64,000 nt of DNA, from the NCBI RefSeq assembly GCF_023055435.1, contig NW_025964383.1, forward strand, positions 37,386,001-37,450,000, given 5' to 3'. The stretch is from Haliotis rufescens (lineage: Eukaryota). Both the position numbers and the translations under genes were made by a program. This document shows positions 40,701 to 52,700 of the stretch, piece by piece; the first letter of the stretch is position 1; the number at the start of each line of letters is the position of its first letter. The notes beneath the pieces were generated by a model that was given only the letters and a program-made list of their open reading frames with translations, ran no database searches and was not told the DNA's origin.

Positions 40701-43700
40701 CGGTCTACACTGCACTACACTACACTACACTAACTGAGTGTGTAACAGGTTACACCAGGGTGTACACTACACTACACTACACTACACTAACTGCGTATGT
40801 AACAGGTTACACCACGGTCTATACTGAACTACACTACACTACACATACTGAGTGTGTAACAGGTTACACAACGGTCTACACTGCACTACACTACACTGAG
40901 TGTGTAACAGGTTACCCCACGGTCTACACTGCACTACACTACACTAACTGCGTATGTAACAGGTTACACTACGGTCTACACTGCACTGCACTGCACTGCA
41001 CTGCACTGCACTACACTACACTACACTACACTACACTAACTGAGTGTGTAACAGGTTAAACCAGGGTCTACACTACACTACACTACACTAACTGCGTATG
41101 TAACAGGTTACACCACTGTCTACACTACACTACACTACACTACACTACACTAAACTACACTAACTGCGTATGTAACACGTTACACCACGGTCTGAACTAC
41201 ACTACACTACACTATACTACACTATACTAACTGAGTGTGTAACAGGTTACACAACGGTCTACACTGCACTACACTACACTACATTATACTACACTACACT
41301 ACGCTACACTACGCTACGCTAATAAACCTTGCATACTAAAATAAAGAGCCAAAAGTTCAGTATGAGCTCGAAACCACAAAACATTTTTTCAAAAGAGTTT
41401 TTTGAGAATCTAATTGTTTTGTTCCATATGTCAACATTTTGTAACACTAAATACAAAGACATCCGATTGACAAGCATCTAGTTGAATAACTACGAAATCT
41501 TTAATATGGTCTCAATGTTATAGTGTCCTTTCACTGGAATAGAGCATGGCACGAATGTAAATTAGTTTAGTAATGAAGAACATTTAATAATCATATGATA
41601 TTGTTTCACTGCATTCTGAAACATCTGGAATGATTGCATAGTTGTGTTGAGCTTAATTCTAAAAATCAAGTCTGTCAAAGTAATAATGATGTTCACTGGG
41701 TCGTTGTTTCTACTTGGATAACCAAGCAGAGTATGAATGAAGTTGAGTTTGATTTTGAGTGTTCGAGGTGTTTCCTGATGTGTTTGCTTTGCTTCAGTCC
41801 AGAATACATTAACAGTGTTTCTGTGTTTCTACAACTACTGCTGTCTATATAGTCTACTTTCGACAAAAGAGTGTTAGTTGGAAGTATATGATGTAATAAA
41901 GTTAATAAAAATAATTCTGTACAACACCTTAATTTTTCAGATTCTTGGATAATGAAACAGCGGCGGCCAGGTAGAGTAATTACCTACCTTCAAATAGTAA
42001 TCTGGCATGTCAAACGGCGTTCATTTCTGATACTCTGTGAGTGTCTTGAAGTCTAGTTTCATTTCATTTAAATACACGTCTTTCTATTTTAGATTTGTAT
42101 GTTTGGGAGTATGATGCACATATTGATGATTCCGCAGCCATAAACCTTGAAAGGGAACTGCAACGCGTCACCAAGCAGGTACGTTGTTATACATACGATA
42201 TAGGAATGATCTCATACATTTTAGCACACCTGACTGTTTGTCCGGCGTCCAACTATGTATTCATAAAGCAGGACGAGGTACAGTTGTTGAAACCTGACTA
42301 TTTATGAGTTGTGGTTAACATTTTTGTTACAGTTTTGGGGAAAAGGTATGGACAATATGTGCTTAGGATCGTTGATACTTTTCCATGATAAAATGTTAAT
42401 AGGCAGTTAACTTCACTCAGTTGCAGGTAAAGATGGAGAGAAACAGTGAAAGAGGTAAGTTTATGTTGTATGATCAAAACAGGATGTTCTAAAACTGTGG
42501 TAAACAGTGGTTAAATAATCATTACAATTTTTAAATTGTTATTGACATTTTTCTGTATTTAGAAAACTGAAGTAAAGGATTAAATAGCAGATTCATCTAC
42601 TATAGCAGAGTGACAGGAAAGGGGGTTCGGTTTAACGCCACTTTTTTAATTATTCTCAATCATTTCACCTCGTGTTAGTATAATTTGTGAGGAAAAGCAG
42701 AAGCGACAGGGACGCGAGAATTTTACCACATTGATTTGTGTTTGTTAGTTACTTACAATTGTAAGAAACTGATATAATGTACATAAATCCTAAGTAATGT
42801 TACACATGTATGATATTCCTCATTCTGGATGTACGAATCACTGCTACTGAATTGTCGAACACAGTACCACCTGAGAAACAAAGTTTTTTTACCTCATGTG
42901 ACCAACTGTTACTTCGTCACTGAAAGTGCAAAGTGTCACTTTTGTCAGTCTTTGATTTATGTGTCTTTCGTGTGGTACTGACGTCATTAATCATGATACG
43001 TTTATAATCATATCGTCAACAATGGAAATCGTAGGTTTGATATTTAAAGATAGGAGACATATAGATGAGTTTTGTATCCCACGAAAAGATGCATATTTAA
43101 CATCGTTGAAGTTTTGATACAGTTCAGTAAAGTTAACTACATGTTGTTCATATAAAGAGGTTATCACGCGAGTGTGTTTAGGGATGGTTAATATCCTGTA
43201 TTAGGAATAAACATTGTGTTTATCCAGCCCAGGCGAGCTAAATACAAAATGTCTATTCCTAATACAGGATATTTACAGTTCCCAAACACACAAGTGTGAT
43301 ACATGTAACCTCTTCATCAAAAATGTCATTCTTTAATTCTGTGCTCGAAAATCTCTTCCATCTCTCACAAACATTACCTATACATCCTGGAATGTGCGTA
43401 TTAATATATATTACGTCAGAGGGTAAGTGATGTGTCAGTCGGACAGTGACAGTAGCCAATATAGTTCCAACAGAAACCTGTTTCTTACACATTGGCGTAA
43501 CCACATATATGCATAAAAAAACAATTGCCGACAAAAATTGTTTTTACTTGCCTTTTGCGGCAATACAGTGGTCTGTCCGATAGAGTAACTCCCCTTTAGA
43601 TTTCTCGGCAGGATAAATTATTATTATCCCAGTAGTTTCTCCAGATTCCTGATGGTTAATTCTGACTCGATCGCCAAATGACAAGGGTTACGCCATGTTT

Positions 43701-46700
43701 GCTTATAAACAGTGAAAGTAGTCCCTACTTGACCTTTGATATTTGCATCTCTATCCGCATATGACACCAACGGATATCGTTTTTATCCGTTGGCTTTATC
43801 CTGCCCACCTATTATATGATAAATTAGTGTATCAAGATATATTAGATATCAATGAATAAACAATAAAATATATTTAAACACATATATTTAGGCTTACGAT
43901 CAACAAGGCAATACGAGTGGCAGCAAAAAACAGAAGCAGATCCTAGAATTAACGTAACAGAATATTTCCACTGTTGAATGTCTTAAAACAAGTCCGTCTG
44001 CGTTCTTGAACCCAGAACAGTGTTGGAAGCTCGAAGGTATTCGGTGTTTCCAAATGCAATCCTCAATTGGCAAGTAGATTAGAAACAAGTCAGGCCGAGA
44101 AGACCTCGAATCGCTCTATTGTCGCTTGTATAGGTATAGCCAGCCTTCTAGAAATTGTCCCTTCGGGAAACCTCTCAAACGATCAAGCCTGTCATGATCA
44201 TGTATACAACAAGGACATGAAGCTTTAACTTCTAGTTCAATACCAGTTTTGAAAGCTCCAAATCTGGCCATGACATCGCTAAAAGCAGAGTCCTCTGTAC
44301 GATTCCGACCACATTATTAAGGCCTTGAATGCTGTAACCATGATGAAAACTTCTGAGCAAAGGTCGTATGAAACTCTTTGAAATCTTCGTTGAAAGAGCA
44401 TGCTCAATTGAACCTCAATAGTTGCGGGGGCGGGGTAGCCTAGTGGTTCGATTCCCCTCAATTCTATGAGGCCTTTTACTTGTGTTCTCCGCCATGATTT
44501 TGCTGGAATATTAATAAAAGTGGCGTAAAACCATACCCACTCACTCAATAGTTGGGAAATGGATGTTGGATGTAGATGTCAAAGACTGGAATATTGCTTG
44601 ACATGAAAGGAAAGTTAAAAATTGGAAAGTTGAAGTCGTCCCTCTTGTAATGCAGTCTTAGTTTCTGTCACTCTGAATCTGTATGCCTGTATCTAAATAT
44701 TAAACAGATGGTACAATGGGACGTAAGATGAGGTGGACATGTTACGTTTGGTATCTGTTATTGACATATCAGACTTGAGTATTCTCCAAAGACAGGGTAT
44801 AACAAATTAAATCATCTTGTCGAACTCTCGAGTTCATTTCTACTTATCATATAGTTGCTGTAGAAGTACTAGCTTTGTATCAATGCGTGTTATGTATGTT
44901 ATGAAATGACAAAATCGTCTGTATTTATCAGCTGACGAGGAGATTCCTGCAAATCTGGTGGACGTGGATAAAGGGGATGACTCAGTGGTAAGGAGGATAT
45001 AGTTACTGTTCTTCCCAAGGTCGGGGTGATCAGTGGGAGGCAGGGTATGGTAATCATGTGTTTTTCATTAATCTTCATAGAATTAGTGATTCAGTGACAC
45101 GCACAGACAACAGAAATCTAGAGCTGGTCTCACTTTGACTTCATGCTTTCAGTCCTGGTTTGTCTGGTCGAGGCTAAAAAAGTAAATAAAGCAACAGAAC
45201 CCTTTCCATGTACAATAGAAATCTCTGCATAAAGCAGAGTTGTACGTTTCCGACTATATCATGAACATGTGTTTATGAATCACTATCAAATAGCAATGAC
45301 ACTAGGTGTTCGCCTAAAGGTGAGCATATCCTGCCCCACCGTTGGCACCTGTCACAGACACATAAAAAGTTGAGTCAATTGTTCACCTGACAAAAAACAT
45401 TAACATATGGTACAGGTCCAAGTACGGAATTGCATCATATTTTCATCTGATGTGTCAAATTTGGAAACGTCCTTTACATGTCTACTATAAAACATTGCTT
45501 AACTTACATTGCTGACTTAGATGGAGTCTTGCTGATTGCCTCATTCACTTGGAAACATGGAATTTTGTGATTTGTCCCCAATGTTGCAAACCCACTTATG
45601 TTAAATCCTTGAATGCAAATATGTTGGTTTATCTTGCATGCGATTACAGAGTAAACCACACGTGGACGTCCCACAAGCAGCTCCCAGCGCCCCTACGCCA
45701 CGAAGTGTGTCACCGCTGCCGTCACAACAGGTAGTAACACTGAAGTCACATTTCACCTCTCGCATATAAACTGGCAAATTATCGAAACACAATGTAAACA
45801 TTCACATTTCATTTATAAAAACTGCTTCTTCTGTTTTAGAATATATCTGAAGGAAGGGTGCGATCTTTCTTTCCCCAATCAAACCAATGCAAGGATTCGG
45901 GTACGTTACTTACATACAGTGTTTACAATGTAGTATCAAATGTCCCGATTTTGGTATATAGGATTCTCGGATCTTGTCATCGTATCCCAATTGCGTAGCT
46001 CGATGCTCATGATGTCAACCATTGGATTGTTTGGTCCAGACTCGATTATTTACAGTCCGCCGCACAGCTGGAATGCGGCGTTAAACAACAATGAATAACA
46101 ACAATTAATCAGAAAAGAAATTAATTACAAATTTATTACAATTATTTATTTGGTCTTACGAAATATTGTTTTTGGCATAAGGCACATTTCTTTTTCCTGT
46201 GAAATATAAACATCTAAATATTTTATGAAATTCATCGCTGATATCATCTATGTTACATAATTTCCTTGTTTTTTAAAATAAAAATAAGGTTGGTCTGGCG
46301 AGGAGAAACAGCAAGGCGGACATCTTTGATTGACCTAAACAATTCTTAAATATAAAGAAGTGATATGAAGTGATTATCAACACATCGATAATCGTCATTG
46401 ATTAGGAGTGTGAATTTTAAAAACACAGATATTACTGCTGACAGACAGACATTGTTTTATAAAGAACTTTAGACTAAAATATGCAGTACCCTTACAACAA
46501 AACACTCCTCCTGACATCTGTATCATGTGTCATTCAAAACAATATTGACAAAACGTGGCTGATTATTATTATATGCCATCGTCTTGCCTGATCTGCTTTC
46601 TGGCATATTTGAATATATTTGAAAAGGAATGAGTCGAACTGAATTCTATCAAACTGTTAGTGAGAGCTATGTCATAGAAGATACCATGCTCCATGGTCTG

Positions 46701-49700
46701 TTGTCTGTTTTGTGAATGTGTTACTGTAGACGTTGTCTCTATGTACTTGTGTACCATTGTATAACTAGATGGATCGAAATATCAGAGGTTTATATGATCT
46801 CAAAATGATACATTAAGTATACATTTTACTCGATCCAGCCGATGAGTCTGATTTGAATTGTCCCTGTGTAAGAAATACTTTCTTCAATTGTATTCCTGTC
46901 GTCCTCAAACAGTTTAATGATTTCCGTGGACTCGTTGCAAAATGTAGTTTCATGGCATGTAGAGTTTAATGTCAAGCTAGGCGCAGGATGCAGTTGGCAT
47001 GTGGGGAGTATTTGTCGTTCGCCTGTCCTAAGATGCAGCTGACGTGTAGGGTATAGTCGCATTGGCTAGATGGAGTCTGCAGCTGACATCTCAAGGTCAT
47101 GTACGTGGGCTGAATGTAGGATGCAGATGAGTCCTAGCGGATATTGACATGGCCAGGGTTAGAGTACAGTGTAGGTATTATTAATCCGGCCTATGTAAGA
47201 TGTAGCTGCCATGAAGAAGGTATTAGTTTGAGCCAGCTGTGGAATGTAACAGGATTATTGACATGGGTCAGGTGGGTGGTGTTGCTAACGTGTTGGGGTT
47301 ATTGGCGATGGCTGTGCTCAGAAATCTACTATAATTAATCGTATTAAGTTAGAGACGCATTAATTTCAAGATTTACAGTATTAGTTAATTATCAAATTAA
47401 CCTTTGCCACTTTTGGTGACACAGGTGACAATCTTAAATCATTTTGCAACTCATAAACATCTATTGATGATAAACCTATAACATTATATTAGCAACTATT
47501 ATTCAACCAATCAACATATGTTTAACTGAAACGTAATGGACTCAAAACATGAAGCCTGGCTCTATTTCTGTAAACATTTTGTCTGTGATGATTGCAAATT
47601 CCCTTAAAGATTCCGGAGACAAAGAAAAAGACGTGACGAAGACAGGGGACGTGGGGCCGATGTCAATACAGGTAACCATATAGTGGTTTAATATTCTGTT
47701 CTTCGAATATCATCCGACAGCTCTCACTGTACAGAAGCAGCCAATTATACCAGGGTGCATTTGCAACTTAATAACCCTATATACTTAACAGTTATATCTT
47801 ACAGTTATTAATGAATGGACTAATTATCTTCTTACTACAATACTAACGAACACTTTTCTCTCAGTTCCAGGATATGATGAAAAGGGCCGAAGGTGAGTCT
47901 GGTTGTTCTCGTTCTTGCTGATGTAATATTCCCCGCCACAGTGGGAGGGGACACAGGATTGAGTGTTGTTCGCCCCGCCTTCCGTGCGTCACGTTTTGTT
48001 TCCGGACGAAAACTCAAAGATCATTCAATATTTCTGTACCAAACTTTTCACAGATATCACAGAAAAGTTTGAAGTTTATATTTTATTCCGCTTTCATGAG
48101 CACAAATTGCACAGATATCAGTCAAGGTTTGAACTGGTGTCCTTTGCAATTCTGGAATGTTTTTAAGGGAAAAATCTTTCAAATTACAATTTAATGAGGG
48201 CTTCATTTCCATAGCAGAACTCATGAACCTTTGTACTTCCTCACTTATCAATCGAAAGGTGAACTGATTTTTAAGTTTAGGGAATTTTTCAACTGTGATA
48301 TTTTTTTAAACAAATGGAAACCCCATGCAATGTATCCAATAATAGGCACTGCTCCCTGTGGTGTTCTCGTAGTAACACCACCCTATTAAGATGGTTCAAA
48401 GTATCAGTCAGCTAGCAGCGTATCAATCAGTTTTGGATTCAGGGTCATTGACTGTATAGAACAGTTCCAAGTGCACGCATTTCTTTGTGGGTATAATAGA
48501 TGTAAACATAATCGCACTATGTTACCGAAACTGAATATGAAATGTTGATGATATAACGAAAAGTACACAAGTGAAATGTTTACAGCAAGAGTACTTTAGC
48601 GACAACGTTTTAATTTCAACGCGTGTTTTTTATATCTGTCCAATTTATCCAGAGCAAGTCATGGCCTGTTTGCCAGGTTATTCAAATTCAGAAATGTTCT
48701 TAGTGTGTTTAAGGCATCATGATCATCTTTCAACTTAGTTCATGTAGACATCAATGCAAAACCATGACACTATGTTATATATTTATGTTTATGTGTATGT
48801 AATAACTGTCATATGTTTGATAACAACAAAGTATTCATTTTCCTCAGATATGGACGAGTCTCATAGCAGTCACTTTGATGAGCCATCTATATCAAAGGTA
48901 GGATCAGTGTCACGTTTTGGTCAAATGATAGTAATAAATTCCCTAATAAGTTGATATTGTTGAATGGACAACTTGCAGACTTGTAAATCACATATCATTC
49001 CAGGGGACGTTGAGTGATGACTACACTGCAAGTCAAGAACGGGACATGAGAGCTGCAGAGACAGCTATAGGTAAGTGTGCAGCTTGACATGTATAGACAA
49101 CGTTCCTGGCTTGGAAGACACCAATGAACTAATGTCCGCAGTGACATGGCTTATAGTCAGCCATCCTGAACTAAACAGTGTTGAGAATCAGTGAATGTTT
49201 AAGGACTTGGACTGCATATTACATAGCATAGCATTACTTCTGGTTTCCAGAAGAGGATTACTGTCATTTACACAGGGAGTTACGAGAGGCAGATCCCGCC
49301 GGATCCCTCTGGTTTATTCTTGGAAAGATGTAATAGAGGCAGAGGATTCGCAAGAATTATCGAACAATAGTTATCATTGTTAATTATTCTCAGAATACTA
49401 ACTCTATTACATCAGAAGTTCTCCCTCCCACCTCCCCAATTCATCTACCTCTAGTGGTTAGATGTTGCAAAGAAGTGAGGTTTCCCGCCATATTCTAAGA
49501 ATTATTAACAATGATAACTATTGTATCGATGTTCCTGGCTTGAAAGACATCAATGCTCTAATGTCCGCAGTGACATGGTATATAACACTAAGCCTGAACT
49601 AAAAGTGTGAGAATCAATCAATGTACCAGGGAGTAAACAGCATATTACATTGCATTAATTACAATATCTGTTCCTGTTTCGACCCGAGCATGTATTGTGA

Positions 49701-52700
49701 CTGTGGAAAGTCAGCTTTCCATAATGGTAACGTGGGCTTTTACACAAGGTATTGGGCGGGGAAATTCCCTGAGGTATCTAAGCCCCACAAACCGTGACAT
49801 AAGGTGTCAAACAGTTTGAGCTAGTGCAGCCACACGTCCTATTGTCCCTCCCCATTATCAGTGGATGCGTTTATGTTATGAACGTATAGAATGTGTGTGG
49901 TTGTGTCCTTGGAATCTCAGACATACCAATGTAGCAGACATCAGTATCAATGTAGCAGACATCAGTATCAATGTAGCAGACATCAGTATCAATGTAGCAG
50001 ACATCAGTATCAATTTAGCAGACATCAGTATCAATGTAGCAGACATCAGTATCAATGTAGCAGAGACCAATACCAATGTAGCAGACATCAGTATCAATGC
50101 AGCAGACATCAGTATCATTTTAGCAGACATCAGTATCAATGTAGCAGACATCAGTATCAATGTAGCAGAGATCAGTATCAATGTAGCAGACATCAGTATC
50201 AATGTAGCAGACATCAGTATCAGCGCCTCTCACTCTGACCCTGTTTATATGTGGACTTCTCCTTCAGGTATTGCAGACATCAGTATCAATGTAGCAGACA
50301 TCAGTATCAATGTAGCAGACATCAGAATCAATATAGCAGACATCAGTATCAATGTAGCAGACATCAGTATCAATGTAGCAGACATCAGTATCGATGTAGC
50401 AGACATCAGTATCAATGTAGCAGACATCAGTATCAATGTAGCAGACATCAGTATCAATGTAGCAGGCATCAGCATCAATGTAGCAGACATCAGTATCAAT
50501 GTAGCAGACATCAGTATCAATGTAGCAGACATCAGTATCAATGTAGCAGACATCAGTATCAATGCAGCAGACATCAGTATCAATGTAGCATACATCAGTA
50601 TCAATGTAGCAGACATCAGTATCAGCGCTTCTCACTCTGACCCTGTTTATATGTGGACTTCTCCTTCAGGTATTGCAGACATCAGTATCAATGTAGCAGA
50701 CATCAGTATCAATGTAGCAGACATCAGTATCAATGTAGCAGACATCAGTATCAGCGCTTCTCACTCTGACCCTGTTTATATGTGGACTTCTCCTTCAGGT
50801 ATTGCAGAGATCGCCGAACAAGAGAAGAGGTTGCTGACCTTAGAGGAGGTACAATTTTCTATACCACAGTGGATAAATTCAAAGTACATCCGTATCAAGT
50901 TCAAATGATTCATAAACAATCTCTATATTTTTGTCACAATATTTTATACATAATCTAATTGTATAACCAACGACTAAGTAAAGACAGTTTGATAAAGAAC
51001 AATATGTCACTATCGACGTTTATGAATATGAATGGTTTGAATGATTTTTCCGTGTATTTTAAGGAACAAGACCATCAAAAACGACACCTTGATTCGCTGT
51101 ACTGTGGTACGTATCACACTAGTGCACGGGTTATACATCTCTATAACATGTTGCCACAGACGGCTGGAATCTGTGGATAAACATACCTACACCTGGAGTT
51201 TCAGGGTTGACCAAACAAATATCCAAATGGACTTGAGGAAATCATGAATTGAGAACCAATAACTTACATTAAAATAATTACATTGACGTGCACAGTAATA
51301 TAATCATAATATCGTTAAAACAACATCAACAACACAAGTGAAAATGAAGCGTTTACAGATATGCACACAGATATAATATTGACTCATATCACACAATCCT
51401 GTGTCTCTCGTATTATATGATCCTTTGTGATTCGTGAGACAGGATTCATAGTGGCTCGCATCACATGATTCATAGTGGCTCTCATCACATGATTCATAGT
51501 GGCTCTCATCACATGATTCATAGTGGATTGCATAACATGATTCATAGTGTCTCGCATTACATGATACATAGTGGCTCTCATTACATGATTCATAGTGGCT
51601 CTCATTACATGATTCATAGTGGCTCTCATCACATGATTCATAGTGGCTCTCATTACATGATTCATAGTGTCTCGCATTACATGATTCATAGTGGCTCGCA
51701 TCACATGATTCATAGTGGCTCGCATTACATGATTCATAGTGGCTCTCATTACATGATTCATAGTGGCTCTCATCACATGATTCATAGTGGCTCTCATTAC
51801 ATGATTCATAGTGTCTCGTATTACATGGTCCATAGGGGCTTGCATCACATGATTCATAGTGGCTCGCATTACATGATTCATAGTGTCTCGCATTACATGA
51901 TCAATACTCGTGGTGTTTCTGATGTTGTTTTGCCATCGCACATCACTTTGACAACTTGCATTGTACAAACCCCCTTGCATTGTACGGACAAATAGATCTG
52001 AAATGGCACACGCAGGTCACGAACACTTCCGTCTAAACCTTAACCACAATTATCAAGAATATGTCATCTGACTTATCTTGTACCTACAGACCTTCCTCAT
52101 GAGTGGCTCATCAAAGTGCACTACCTACAGAGACACCAGGATGTGTTGTCCCTGTGCGACGTGCAGCTGCCGGAAGTCATCAGTGTGAGTCGGCATTCAT
52201 ATTTATTGATTAAGATCAGAGAGGCACTCCTCTCCTCTACCAATGAACCCAATCAACAAACCTTTCTTCTAAATAAAGCAACAAAACACTAAAATCAAAA
52301 GAAATCTGTCCAAAATGCTGTGTCTGTATCATAAGCATGAGTAAATGAATCACTATCAATTAGTGATGATACATACAAGGTGTTCGAAATTGTTCAGCAC
52401 AGGTATAACCTGATGAACCTACTGCTGACAGTGAACCTGTAACACGTGTGTATTGTGTATGTGTTTCATACACAAGAAGGCGCTCGGCATTTTCAAGTTA
52501 CATATAGAACTCACAACTCTGATTCATATGAATATGTTTTTAAAGTAATGTGTATAAAAGGTGAAAATTTAAATATGGCTTACAATAGCTATAATGGCAT
52601 AATATCACACAGTAAACGAATTTAAGGCACACAAAACATCACACAATTCTGATAACTTCAATATCTCGCACAATAGTGCCTATGTGTACATACATTCTCA

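Noticed and set aside
28536-41059. Many HYTTL/TECVTGYTTV ORFs
   Set aside because: Translation artefacts of the satellite; short and frequently interrupted.
28502-41321. CRISPR-like appearance (palindromic ~37-bp repeat with variable spacers)
   Set aside because: The spacers are (CACTA)n microsatellite rather than unique sequence, there are no cas genes, and the context is a eukaryotic intron.
47610-47671. Candidate 62-nt exon
   Set aside because: It has plausible splice sites but would shift the frame unless an unidentified partner exon exists. Left out of the model.
49865-50908. 347-aa ADISINV-repeat ORF as a standalone gene
   Set aside because: It arises from a 21-bp minisatellite that is open in several frames. 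Only 50799-50848 has clear exon support (see the finding on alternative acceptors).
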